Assembly (NCBI RefSeq): GCF_006345805.1
Contig: NC_042998.1
Coordinates: forward strand, 109,492,001-109,556,000
DNA length: 64,000 nt
Direction of reading: 5' to 3'
Source of the DNA: Octopus sinensis
Taxonomy: Eukaryota
This document shows, one piece after another, positions 41,401-56,400 of the stretch. How positions within the stretch are numbered: position 1 is the first letter of the stretch; each line of letters begins with the position of its first letter. The notes beneath the pieces were generated by a model. It was not told the origin of the DNA, searched no databases, and saw nothing but the letters and a program-made list of their open reading frames with translations. The position numbers were made by a program, and so were the translations under genes.

Positions 41401-44400
41401 TATCAATACCAAATGTAATGCGAAATCAGCCACCTCAATCAAAAGCCTGAAGTCAGTACTCCAACAAAAGTTAAATAATCAATAATTAGAATACGGTTGC
41501 CCAAGATCAGCTTGATCAAAGGTGTTCCAGTAATGACCATGCCATCTCTATCTAATGTGATTTGACTGAAATTTGACTGCTATTTCTAGCAGAATTAATG
41601 AACATCACAGTATGCATGTGCGTGTGTGTGTGTGTTCAGCCCTGGTCAAGCAGATCTATGACAACAGTTGTTCTGGTGATCATTGTGTTATGTCAATTTT
41701 CTATGATGGCATGGGCTGCTATTCAGAGTTATTGTCCTCCTAGATGAGTAAGAGGACCACATCTTACACATACTTTTTATTTTTGGCATGGTTTCTACAG
41801 CTAGATGTCCTTACTAACATTTATCACTTTAAAAAATGCGTGTAAGATACATTGTTATTATGGAACCAGCATTAGAGAGATTAGCTTGTCAATTGCAAGA
41901 GTTCTATGTTCTTTCAAAGTAAACATGATTGAAAAAGTGAATGGAAGACAGTGTGGAGACCAAGAGACTGAAAGAAGATTGTATGAATGAGATGAAGGAA
42001 AGAGTGTAATAGGGCTGAGAGGATGGCAAAAGAGGTTGTACTGGAAGAGAGACAATAACTACTTGTTGGTTGTTGATAAACAGAAAGGAAAAAAAAAAAC
42101 AGCATGAGCAGCATAACAGGATTGCAAAAAAGATAGATGATGCTAGCAGTAAGTGATGGACAGAAATGTGTGGGAAGTAGATGTCAATGTAAAGTCACAT
42201 GGAACAACAGATGGCCAGCAATAAATATTGGTGATGCAGGGAGTAACAGATATGGAAAGGTTCAATGCCATCCTTTGTTACACAGATACTGTAATAAAGG
42301 AAAGATAGAGTGATAAAGGGTGATGGTAGAAGGATTGAATATGGATAGATGAAATGCCATTCCCCATTATAAAGGAAGCATAGCATAGTAAGACAGAGGC
42401 TGAGTGAAAATAAGATAACAAAGAGGCTAAAGAATGGGAAACCAACAGGATTACCATGGGCAAAAGAGTAAATGTAAAAATATACTCTATTTATCAATGA
42501 TCAACTTTTTTTCTAATGGCCACTTTGATTGCTTTGCACTAATGAATGGTTCTTCTGCAATGTTGCATGCTACCATTCATCATAGCTCTTTATTATCTTT
42601 GTGAGGTTTATCTTCTTGAAATGAACATTCACTATATAATTCCATGGGTTTGAAGGCAGCTTTCTCTCTCTTCTGCAGGCTCTAGCCGCTTCAAGCTGAT
42701 GGAACTTTTTTTATACAAATATACCCAATTCCTTCTATATCTATTTTTTTTTTCAGTTCATTGCTCCTACACAAGATTTTAGAAGCAGCAGAGAATGATC
42801 ACTATTTTTTTCTAGCTGGTGCAAATCTTCCACCTTTAAGGCTCATGTCATGCCACCACTTAGCATCACACTACATACAAAAGCATCATACAACCTCCAA
42901 TTTATTCTGGAGAGAGAGAGGGAAATTCAATGTAGCTAGCAGATGAAATAGCTCCTGAACTTTTTCCAACATATTCTTACTCTAGTTACGTTTTCAGAAT
43001 ACCAAACTTCACTGCTAATTAGGTCCCTTAGGTAAAAGAAGCTATTAGCTACTCCACGTGAGCCTTACATGCATTTGAAGAAATTTATATGTATTCTTAC
43101 TGCTAATTGTTCCTGTGCATCTGCCATATACAAAGTCAACTTTCTCTGCCAACTTGCCTGCGACTCCATGACATCTTTTGTATGTCTATGGTTTACACTG
43201 GGCACATCTTAAAGGATTTCTACCTAATCTTTTTCTGCACATCAAATACACCCATTCTTGTGATAGTAGCAGCACCACACCTTTCCTACTTTGCTTACTG
43301 AAGCCATTCAGTCTTAAGCTTGGCTCCCATATCTGAATTGTTTTCACTAAATTTCTAATAGATTCTGCTGCAAAAACTAAGCCATCAACATACAAGTTCC
43401 CAAGGACAGCTGGTCATAAAATTAACTGTTATAGCCTGGACGACAATAATAAATAGGAGAGGCTGACTCTTAGCTCTGATAGACTGCTACCTGCTTGCTA
43501 AATTTATCTGAATTCATTCTTGCCTCTCAACTTGCTAATTTCACTTTACACTTGGCTTCTGCAGCCTTCACAAGCCATTTATCTACTCCTTGCTATCAGA
43601 GACTACCACATGCCAGAGTACAGACCCTACCAGAGGCTTTCATGAGATAGACAAATGCTAAGATATAGGGCTTACTTCTAATTATGTATTTCTCTCTCAA
43701 TTGCCTTAGGAAAATGGCTTTGGTACTACTTCTTCTTGGTTCAAAGCCAAACTGCATTTTATCTAGGTCAATGCTCTTTTTCCATAACTTTCATAACTTG
43801 GACCAACAACTCAAAGCCTCTGCTGTTACCTTTCTCTAGTGCATCTCTTTTTCCTTTTTAATAGGTGATGACAACACTTATGTCTGTCATTTGCCATGGC
43901 ACTTTTCTATACAACCTAACTGACTCTGTACAATCGTTTATAACAGCATTTCCATACCTCATTCATTCTGGTATCAATAGGCAAGAGTACCATTCTTGTG
44001 TACACATTTCTCAATTCTCTTTTGTACAATGCTTTGCAATTCAGAATATCTCACACCTGATCCTCATGTTGGAGTACTTGTGCAAACCTATAACTTTCCG
44101 TTTCTCTGCTTGTTAAGTATATTCAATTTTTAGCTTCTTTTCTAGATGATGTACTTAGCTTCAGCCTTTTTTCCAGTCTCTCCAGCCCCATTTCATAGCT
44201 TTATCTCCAGCACCATATTACTTTCCATCTGGTACGAATCTTCCATCAGTCACAGCTCTGATTTGTGGTCCTCATAAATTGTACTGTAGAAATATTCCAT
44301 CCCAACTCACCATTCCCGTCATGTGCATCAACTACAATTTTGAACCACCAGGTCTGATCCCTAGACAGTGTGCTTAGACCTACATTATTCAATATATACT

Positions 44401-47400
44401 TTTTAAATTTAAGGAAAACCACAATTTTTAGCATGGTTATAGTGAGGAATAGAAATGTCTAGTATAATAGATATGCGTAATTTAACACAAACCTGCCAAA
44501 CAGCAGTAACGTTCTTGTCTGCTGAATAAAATTCAGCCATTGAGAGCCAAATGTCATCCAAGTGTGGCCACTTCATTAACACTTCACGCCCTATAGAAAG
44601 GGCTTCATCCATTCTGAAAATAACATTTATAAACAAATCTATTATATAAATACATTCTTTGGAATAAAAAGCAATGATACAATGGATATATGTCTACTGA
44701 AGGTAACTTAGAATAGAAACTTACCTTTTATCTTTAGTCAAACAGATTCTTTGGAATGATGGTAACTCACATTCCTTGGGGAAATAAACTGGCTAAATAT
44801 CTGAATTTCCATTTCATATTGCATTAAGAAAAGGTCAGTGATCCTCAATCAAAATAGATACAAACTTTAACGATTTCCAAAAATGCAAAATAATTTCACT
44901 GTTAGACTTTAAAACCACCTCCGTGAATCTTCCAATCAATCACTCCGCAACAAAAATAGTTCCATATGTAACCACTTCCACTGAACAGGATAAAAACTGT
45001 TACTACATTCCACCTGTTTCACCACCATGTAGCCAGTCATGAAGTGAGTACTACTCTAGCCACACCAATCCAACAATGTAAGCAGTCTTGACAGTGTCTC
45101 TTCTATTACCCTAAAACAGTATATTGAATATTAGATCACAACTACCAAATTCTTCAATTTTCTTCTCTACAGGGATCTATCTCAATGTACTAAAAATGTG
45201 AATAAGTGCTTCCTATTTTCAATAAGAGGAATCTTACTAACTACTTTCCTGTTCTTTCACTTCCAATATCTTAAAAGTTGATGGAAATCTTATCACCTGA
45301 AGATTATCTCCCCTCTCAGTAACCGTTCATACGACAGATTTAGAAATTAATTTTTTGTAATACTTTCAAACTTCGGACACTGGTAGAATGTGTCATATAA
45401 AACATCTTTAACTGTTAGTGTTGTTGAGAAAAGTTTGTATTTTCAAAGTTATTTCATGTTAAAGTTGTCATATTTCGGTAATTTCAACCAATCAATGACG
45501 TCTATTGAGCTGAATAAAATTACTGCTGTTGTTTGTCAACAACAACTTCCAGCGGTGAATATTTCGTTTGTCACTGTTATTTATGACATATTTCATCTCA
45601 GTTACGGCCATATGAGTAAACGAGTGTATCTGAAGCACGCTTACTTCACGACACCACCATAATCGTTTGTGCATTTCTACTGCTTTTAGTTTTTTTTTCC
45701 TGTTTTTCAGCTACTATTTTCAGAAAGACTTTGGCCCCCACCCCTTTCAATTTCTTAATTTTTCACTTTTTTCCATAACTCTAACCCTAAAATTAAAACC
45801 AGTACAAACACATGAACGATGTCATAAATAACAGTGACAAACGAAATATACACCGCTGATAGTAGCTGATAGTAGTTGTTGACAAACGACAGCAGTAATT
45901 TTATTCAGCTGAATACATATCATTAATTGGTTGAAATTACCAAAATAAGACTACTTTAACACAAAATAACTTTGAAAATATAAACTTTTCTCAACAACAC
46001 TAAGAGTAAAAGATGTTATATGACATATTCTACCAGTGTCCAAAGTTTGAAAGTGTTTAGTTGCAAAAAATTAATTTCTCGATCTGCCGTTCAAAGGGAA
46101 AAGATCCAAAACTTCACTTAGGTCACACACCAATTCTCCATCAACAATGTCTTTTACATCAAAAAGTCCTTTAGTTGTGCTTGAGATGAAAACTCACCTA
46201 AGATTACACATCAATTTAATTAAGTAAAAAACAAAACTTTTCTGCAAGACAACCACATTGCAGCAAGTGCTGATAAGGTCTTCTCAAATGTTATAAATAC
46301 TCCTACACACTTCCTTGCTGTTAATTTTAACTACATACACTTCTCTGCAGATACCACCACACCTTACACCTCAAAGTTCTTCATACAGGCATCTACATGT
46401 AACCTAATAAATGTGCTGATTTGAAAAAGAGATATGAAAACGTCGAAAATCTTCAAAGTGCCAGGCCTTACGATCTCCTATGTTGACTTCATCTATACGG
46501 GATTGTGAAAATTCAAACTCAGTACATTTCATGCCTAGAAATATTCTTGATCATCCACTGGCCCTCCACTGCAAAGTAGCTGTCATACACATAAAACAAT
46601 AATAATAAAAAAGTAAGTGCTGTGCACTTAACACTTTCATGATCATTCTTCCCAGAAATGTAACCCACTGGAATTTCCTCCCAGAGAAGTTCAGGGAAGC
46701 TTGTCCTCCTTCTTTAAGACAAAATAGCAGCCAGCTCAAGCTTCGATAACTCTGTAATATCAGTTATAAAAGTAAAATAGCTTAATTCATTTGTTATTGA
46801 TCTTGTCAAAGATATAGGATATACATTTGTTCTAAAATGTAATTATAAAGGAATAGAAAAGACAAGAATTATACCTGGACTGACTGTGAAGAAGTTTTAG
46901 AAAGTTACAGTAAACTTCAGAAGACACTTTGTCATGCTCATCAGTTCTTTCACCATCAGTTTGTAAACAGAAAGTCAAACACTCTTCATAAAGCTTCTGT
47001 AAGAATTTGATATCACACTGCAGCTTGGAATGGCTATACCAATCTATGTGGAGAGACTGGGTAGACAAAACAAAAATTTAAAAGAGAGAGAAAAAGAAAA
47101 TGGGGAGAGAAAAATAAGAAAGAAAGAGGGCAGGTACTATACTTTCAGTTACATAAAATAATCCTGGGTCTTAAAATATGACATTATTCTTGAATGATTT
47201 AAGAGTTCTGAATAGTTTTGTTATCAATAGACCCAATAAAATTACCAAATATTTATGTGGCAAGGTGAAGTGTCCGAGTATAACAATTTCTTTTCAGATG
47301 CTTTAATAACAATTAAAGAAACTGATTTTAAAAAATAGAATCAAAATATTGAAAGAGAGCATAAAAAAACAGTTCAGTAGTTTATGAGCTGCTACCATTG

Positions 47401-50400
47401 GGAGTCTGAGATCAACTATCACATTTATTGCAAACATGGCAAGTCTTCTATTGTCCTACAGTTACACATTATTATGACTGCAACTTGTACAACAGATTAT
47501 CACCGTAGCTAGTTCATCTCAGGAATTTACCATTTTAATGCAAAGTTTTGATGTATGTGTGTGTGTGTTAAGAAGTCTGCTCCCTAATTATGTGGATTCA
47601 GTCCCACTGCATGGCACCTCAGGGTAATATATTTTCTCATCCCTCCTACCTATGACCCAGAGGACATGCTGGAGCAAGACAAGTATTTAGCTGCTAGACA
47701 TTTCAACTGAGTAGAAAGAAATATGAAATGAAGTTTATGAGTCAAGGACGCAGCATGCTACCCAAACCAGAAATAATATAACTTTATGACTGTGAAACCA
47801 ACACTAGGTCACATGCCTTCACACTCTCACTGAGCCTTTATAGATATTGCAGACACATGAATATATATATAACCACATAACATATCAACAATATCTATAG
47901 AATAGTGGATTAGCTAAGCTTGTTAAACTATGTAAATATCAAACTAACACAAAAATACTAACAGCTTTTAAATTTGATAATTTTAATATGCCCTTATTAC
48001 AGTCATGTCAACAATGACTAATAATACTGACCTTAGGGAACAAATGGTCAAGAAAATGACCTGTTGAATCATATAGTTGGTCAGGTAACCGCTGAAATTC
48101 ATGTAAATAGATATAGCAGAGCCATAACAAAGCTCGATCACTTGGGCGTAGCATTGACATCAATTCTTCATCATGAGAGGAGGGAGTCTGCAGTAGATTC
48201 TTCAAAATGGGAAATGAAATTACAAGATTAGTGGACAAAATCATGTGAATGCTGAATTATATACAGAAATGATTTTCAGTTCAACACAAAAAAAAAAAGG
48301 AAAAGAAAAAAAGAAAACATAGAAACCTCACAAAATATTGATCTCCATATAATTCATTAGCATAAAATTTAGATTAGATTCATTAACTCCAATGTTTATT
48401 GAAAATTTAGAGACTGAAACATGTGTGAGTGTCTCTCTCTCTCTCACACACACACACACACTACAATCTAACACAATATTAACCCAAAATCTATTTTGTA
48501 CCAAAAGCCAGCTGCACTTTCTACCTAGGCCATGGTTTTGATTTCTTCATCCACCAGATACTCATTAACAATTATGGGGAAAAGAAAACTTGAAACTCAA
48601 CATTTGATAAAATTGCAAACATGCACCAGAAACACTTAAAGCATTATTGAATTATAGTACTCAAGCATCTAAAGTATTCATGCCAACACTATCAAATTCC
48701 TAGTATGTAGAAAATGGGCAAAAATTAGAATTCCAAATCTCAACAGATATTTAGTGAAGTAAAATCATTCAGACCTATCACATTCCAGTATACACACTAA
48801 AATATCATCATCATCATTTAACGTCCGCTTTCCATGGGTTGGACGGTTTGACTGAGGACTGGCAAACTAAGAGGCTGCACCAAGCTTCAATCTGATCTGG
48901 TAATGTTTCTACAGCTGGATGCCCTTCCCAATGCCAACCACTCCGAGAGTATAGTGGGTGCTTTTTACGTGCCACCGGCACTGGGGCCAGTCTGGTATCA
49001 CTGGCATTGACCACGCTGATATGGTGCTTTTTATGTGCCACTGGCATGGGAGCCAGGCTGGTGGCACTGGCATTGACCACGCTCAAATGGTGCTTTTTAC
49101 TTGATGCTTGGCATCTTAAACAAATGTCTTAATATAGACCCTGGATATATTAGAGTTCTGAGAGTAGATTTGGTAGATGGAAAGTAACAGAATTCCATCT
49201 TTTCCATGTGTGTGTGTGTGTCTTGATATCACATGATTGTTGGGAGTGAATACTACCATCATTTGTTTCATTTCAAGTCTTCCTTGGAAAAAGGCAAAGA
49301 AGACAATAGGAAGGACATCCAGAAACAGAAAATATGCCTTAATGAATTCTGACTGTCTTTACTAGTGATGTGAGTTTTCTTAGGTCATTGATAAGAATAA
49401 CTAATCATTATGAATACAGTTTGTTATGCAGGAAGTAGAAAGCAGAGACAAAGAATTTGTACAAAGATAATGAGATTGAAATTGTATTAAATGGAACAAG
49501 AAACAAATGTACAGTCATATTTGACTAGAGTCTGAAGACTGTCCATTAGGATTCAACCAAGAAGCAAATGGGTTCCCTTTAAAAACAGTTTAAGATACTT
49601 TGAAATAACAACTATTAATGTTTGTCATGAAATATTAAGTAGTTGATAAAAAGAGGTATATGTGTGGAAACAATAATGTTAAGTTGTACACTGCAAAAAT
49701 TTTTTACAGGTAATTATGTAGGAAGGGTCAAGAGTTGACCTGTTTATTAATAGTATCAAACAATTAGAAATGGTAATTATAGGGGTTGGCTGAAAATCCA
49801 TAGGCTGATCAAGATACTCTCATGGAATGTAACCAAATGAGGTTTATTTTCCAACATAGTACCCCTTGTGGTTCACACATTTCTTCCATCAATATTGCAG
49901 AGCTTGGATCCATTGGTGAAGAAGCTTTCATCCTGTTGCTAAAACAAAGTCAACAGCAGACATGACCTCATCATCACTGTGATACTGGTTCCCAGTCAAG
50001 TTTGTCATATTGGGGAACAGATGAGAGTCAGATGGTGCCAAATCAGGAAAATAGAAAAGCTGATCAACTAGTTTAGTCACAGTCATGCACAACAGCCACT
50101 GAAAGGACACATGCTGAAGCAATGTCCTGATGAAACAAAACCCTGCATTTTTGATCAGGTATGAGAAGATGTGACACCCACTGAGCAGAAACCTTCATCA
50201 TGCCAAGTTCATTGTGCAGAATATTCTCAACTCTCTCATGGGATATGCTAATAGCATTGGTTATTTGATTTAAAGTCAGTTGCCTGTCATCCATCACCAA
50301 GTGGAAAACATGATCAATGTTTGCTCGGTGGTGGCAATTGCCGGACGTCCAGACATGAGGTCATATTCAGGAATTTCCCTTCCCACTCTAAATTCAGCTC

Positions 50401-53400
50401 CTCGCTCTTGCACTGTTGATAAAGCTGGAGCAGCATCCACTAATGTAGCAACCATATCAGCATAAATGTCCTTGGAGCCAAACCCTTTTTCTGCAGGTAC
50501 TTGATAACACCACAATGCCAAATTTTGTCCATTTTCAAGAGAATTCGATACAAGTTACTTTTGAAGTCTTCTTTGAATAGTCAGGTGTCAATTTCAACTC
50601 TTATTAATAACTGTATTATTTCTTTCCTGCTAAATTAATGCACAGAAGATTTCACAGTTCTAGCATCACTCCTTAATAGTCAGCCTTAGATACCTGTAAA
50701 TATCTAGAAATGCCACCAGTAATTTTATTAGCAACTCCATCTTCACAAGTCTAAATAAGGGCGTTTAATCAATAATACAAATGTTCATTTCATTGAATTA
50801 TTCTTCATTACTTTGTAGCTAAAATTAAGTTCAATTCATTTTATATATTGAAATAAACCAGTCGAATATCATTATTATACAAAATGTCAAAAGATTGTAT
50901 GATTTTACAGAACCTCAACACACCTCGTTTTTATTTTATGATATAGCTGAATAGAAAATAATGCCTTAGTCTAATCAGACAGGTAAATGATCTCTGAGCA
51001 GTATTTATATCACCTTTAAACATCACCCTCATCACTATTTGTCTCCAGGTTTATTAATCACAGAACTTCTACTTTAAATTTGCACTGAGCATAATGACAA
51101 ACTTGCATGGAATTGTTCCATCATCTTGTCTTCCAAAGATTATATTTGGGGCTGCAGCGCCTCAGAGGAATACTGTGAAATACTCTTAAAAGATAAATAC
51201 TAAGACATTTCATCCAGGACCCTAAGTTACAATCTCTTCATTGAAATCTGGGAGGCAGTATCAGCTGATTAAATCAACACATTACTTGACTAGTATTCTA
51301 TTTTACCAACCGAAATAGGATGGAATCAAGTTACCTTCGTGGATGGTAAATAAACGTAAAAGTTACTTGTACAGTTATCATTTCGTAAAGTATCAAATCA
51401 TAATAGCAAAAAGTTAACCAAAAGCATGATGACGTTAATGGTGGTGCTAGTTGGTGGAGGTTATGGTAGAGATGGCAATGAAGCAAACCTTATAAAGATT
51501 TAGACAATTTTAAAGGCACCTTCAATACCATTATTTCAAAGACATCCAACAGCAAATTTGTTGAAACAATTGTCTTCCCAGCTTGATGCCATTCATACCT
51601 CTAAACAACTTAGCCATGAAATAGGAGTGGAACCTGTTTTTATTTCCTTCTCTATTTTTTTTTTTTCGTTTTAAATCAGTTAGGCAAACTAAACTAAAAT
51701 AAATGGCATTAGGTTTCATACAAAATGGCAATAAAATTTTTCTTTTGGACAATGTGGTCAGCAATCAAGTACCATAACTTCGCAGCCTTAGAGTGAAAGC
51801 ATCCTCTAAACTCAGTAAAATTCCACAATCACAGTAGATATTTCCAAAAACATTTTTTCTTACCTTGAAAAACAACAATCCAGTTTTGAAGCGATTACTA
51901 ACAACTGTAATACCCAATCGGTATAGTGAAACTTCAGTGATATGTTGTGATACTACTTCACTGGGCTCCTGCTTCTTTAAATATTGGTGCATCTGCTTAC
52001 ATATTTCAATCTTACTGAAATAGTTTTCCGTAGCACAGAGGTACTAGAAAATATATACAAAGTGCAATTATTCATTTTACAAAAGTGACATTACCAGTGA
52101 ATTATTTCTCCTTAACAACTAAAACATCAAATTTTAACATTACATGCTTATGAGGTGAATCCATGTGAATACAATGAAGTCATGTTTAAGCTAATATATT
52201 TCACTGTATCTTCAGCCTTGTTGCATTTAGGGGACAATGTTGCACATTAACTTTTTTGCATATGGCTTAGTCAGTGGAGGAAGAGGAAAGCGCCAATGAA
52301 TGTAGGGCCTTCCTGCTATTGGATAGAAAGAAAGGAAAAAACAGCAAATTCTTACATCGACCCCAGTACTCAACTGGTACTTAATTTATTGACCCCGAAA
52401 GGACAAAAGGTGAAGTTGATCTTGGCGGAATTTGAACTGAGAATGTATCGACGGGCGAAATACTGCTAAGCATATCGTCCAGTGTGCTGACGATTCTGCC
52501 AGACATTGATAACAACTAAACTTATCATTTGGCTTCTGTTTAGAACCAACAGTGAACTTCTCACCTCCATGTTGTCACTCAAGGTGATAGAAAGAGCTAA
52601 CAAATCTCTTTCAGATCACACTACCATATTTTTTTAATGGGAGAACACATTAGGATAATGCAGTCCTGTGTGTGTGTGTGAAAGGACAGGTTTGAACACC
52701 TTTCAGCAAAGAACTACTGAATCAGGGATAACCAGGACATTAACCAATGAGGTGAACTTCCCTCCTGGTAGATTATAGATTATATTGTCAATGATGTTCA
52801 GAAAAACATTACCAATAATTAATATATTTCTCTTATTTACCTGCCACCATAAAGTATATGAAGGAGCATTTTGAATGGCAACACAACACATATCAACAAG
52901 GTCATTTTTGCTGTCTGGATGTTGACTATACAACTGTAAATAATATTGCCAGAGATCTGGAGACTGTTTCATGTTTTCTAGACCACGTGCTAATACATTC
53001 AAAGCTTGATCTAGGTGACCTGATTCAGCATCACTAAAAGAGAAAAAAATAATTAAAATGAACATATGGAAACAAATGGAATCATTAATCAGCAGAATAA
53101 TCCTGACAACTAACATTTTAAACTCATTTTTGGTCATAAAATTAAATGTACAGATGTTTCCCAATTAATTTTGGAAATATAAAGGAATTGAGCAATTTAG
53201 TAAAATAACCAACCTGTTTGTTATTAATCTGCTATTTGAAACATAATAAATGATTCTTAGATAAAATTATAAAAGGTTTTATTTAAAATATGAAAACTAA
53301 AATAGGCAAGATTGTTTTACTGCAGGGTGGGTTCCTGTTTTCACAAAAAAAATTAAACTTTTCCAGAAAAACTACTAACCTGCTTCGACTAGACAACTTT

Positions 53401-56400
53401 TTGTATGCAAGTTTCAACCACAGTTGCTCGTTCTGAGGATTCTCCAGTACAGCAGCCTCCAAATCTAGGATTGCTGCTGTATTGTTACCAATATCGAAAT
53501 AACGTACATCTTGTTCTTCAATTATATCTTCCCACTCAGACAAAACATCTGGTTTTGAACTCACTGTCAACACAAAGATACATTTAATTAGCTACATTTG
53601 AAGTCTGGTAATTAAGTAACATATCCAGAATAAGACAAGATATATACTCACTGAAGAGGGGGTTGAGATCAGTTTCCTGAGTGTAAATTTTGTCAATGTC
53701 AACTACAGTATCAGGCAGACTTTCTTGATTTGGTTTCCAACATCGTGGTTCAAAAAACATGGTATGTGGAGGAACTGGAAAAAAAAAGCCAATTGTATAT
53801 TACACTGGTGAGAAGACATTCATTTAAGAATGATAATAGCTAATATCTATAGTGATTTCCTGGCAAAGAGATCTCAACATTATATCAACGAAGGTTGGGT
53901 GAATTGGCTGAAATGAAATGTATTTGTTCCAGCTCTCTAAATCCCAATTTCAAATCTCACCAAAGTCATTTTGCCTCTCATTCCTCTGGGGTTGATCATA
54001 TAAAGTACAAATCATGTTTAAGTGTGTAATTTAGTTAATATTTTCAATAAGTACCTATTAATGTACCCCAATTATTATCTGAATAGTTTATTTTTACTCA
54101 AAGATTAAACTTTTTTTTTTTTATGTCAATTAATACTTGTTTGGCCCAGGTTAGCCTTGATCCAACAAGAATATGACCAAAAGACTTCCAATTGTGACAA
54201 TCTTTTTTTAAGATAGTGGGGCTTGATATGCTGGAGATTTGGCTGCTATTTCTAGCAGGTCAATCAACTATGTAATTGGTTCATCTTCAAACTGAATTGA
54301 CATGACTAGCCACATTTATGACTAGTTATTAGAATCAATTGAATCGGCTTAGGAAGCTACAATAAGCAGTCAAGATTTATCATTTGTTAACTAATGTTTT
54401 ATCCTGACAATTTTTTTGTTATCCAACATTGAAAAGTTACATCACTTTTCGAAATGCAATTCATGGTGTCTGATTATATAGAAAGTTTTCTCTTGTAAAT
54501 CAATTTTTGTGAACCCATGGATAGATAAAAAATGTGTGTTGTTTATGAATATGAGTTCTGTCATGGAAACAATGCATTCCAGACTGCTTGAAACACCAAT
54601 GAGGTGTCTGGAGGTGTGGCAAATGAGCCAAGAAGTTCCGGTCTGGTGACTTTACTCCTGAAAAGTAGCCCCATGGTAGACCCGAGACCAAGATGGATAA
54701 TCCTTTCTACTAAAGGTAAAAGGCCTGAAATCTGGGGGGAGGGGGCCAGTCGATTTGATCGACCGCAGTACACAACTGGTATTTAATTTATAGACCCCAA
54801 AAGGATGAAAGGCAAAGTCGATAATGATGAGCTGCAAACTGTAGTGGAAGCGGATACATTTCAAACTGCATGTGAGTTAGCAGTAACATTTGATGTTTTG
54901 ATTCCAACTGTGTTGGACCATCTGAAACAAATTGACAAGGTAAAGAATCTGGACAAGTGAGTACCACACGAACTGAACAAACATCAAATGACACGTTGTC
55001 TTGAAACTTGCTGTTCTTTGCTGTCATGGCATAAAAGCGAACCATTTTTGTATCGTATTGTTACATGTGATGAAAAATGGATTCTTTTCAACAATAGCAA
55101 GCATTCTGCATGGTGGTTGGATAGAGACAAAGGTCCAAAACACAATCCAAAAAACAATATTCACCAAAAAAAGATAATTGTGTTTGTGTGGAGGTCTAGC
55201 ACTGATGTCATCTGCTACAGCTTCATGAGACCTGGTAAATCAATTACAGTGGATGTATACATCAGCCAATTGGATGAAACGATGAAATGAACTTGCAGTT
55301 AAACAACCGAGATTGGTCAACAGAGACAGGCCAATTCTCTTGCAAGACAATGCTTGACCACATGTTGCGCAAAGAACGCTACTCAAGTTACAGGAACTGA
55401 ACTTGCAAGTACTCTGTCATCCACCATAGTCACCAGACCTTGCAACAACTATCACATTTTCCAGGCATTAGACAACTTTTTGCAAGGAGGCTTCAAATCT
55501 GAAGAGGTAAAAACAACCTTTTGTGATTTCATCACCTCTTGCTCTCAAGAATTCTTCACTGCCAGCATAAATAAGTTACTGATTTGTTATATTTTCAAAA
55601 TTGTATAAAAGCAATACTCTTAACACTATGATGCATGTGTGCAAACAGCCATGATACATGGCAGTGAAACACAGGCCATGACTGCTGAGGACATGCATAA
55701 ACTTGCAAGGAATGAAGCCAGTATGCTCAGCTGGATGTGTAATGTCAGTGTGCATACACGACAGATTGTAAGTGCCCTGAGGGACTAGTTGGACTTAAAA
55801 AGCATCAGATGTGGCATGCAAGAGAGACAACTGCACTGGTATGGTCATGTGTTGTGAATGGATGAGGACAGCTGTGTGAAAAAGTGTTTCATCCTAGCAA
55901 TAGAGGGAACCTGTGGAAGAGGTAGACCCAAGAAGACCTGGGATGTGGTGGTGAAGCATGACCTTCAAACATTGGGCCGCGCTGAGGCAATGATAAGTGT
56001 CCGAGACCTTTGGAGATATACTGTACTTGAGAAGACCTGGCAAGCCAAGTGAGACCATAACCATGGCCTATCATTGGGCAATAAACTGTGCTTGCAAAGA
56101 CCTGTTGAGGCAAGTGAAACCACTGTCATGGTCGATGACAGTACTGCTTGATTAGCACCCATGCCAGTGGCATGTTAAAAGCACCATTTGAGTGTGATCA
56201 TTGCCAGTGCGGCCTGACTGGCTCCCGTGCCGGTGGCATGTAAAAAGGACCCACTACACTGTCGGAGTGGTTGGCATTAGGAAGGGCATCTAGCTATAGA
56301 AATCCTGCCAGATCAGATTGGAGCCTGGTGCAGCCTTCTGGCTCGCCAGCCCTCAGTCAAACCATCCAATCCATGCCGGCATGGAAAGCAGACGTTAAAC

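Noticed and set aside
44246-44434. ORF next to exon 10
   Set aside because: Contains the RTE TWW motif and belongs to the LINE remnant; the phase-0 frames contain stops
46551-46745. ORF after a good cag acceptor between ZFC3H1 exons 9 and 10
   Set aside because: The required phase hits TGA after 4 codons, and exon 9 joins exon 10 colinearly with the homologue
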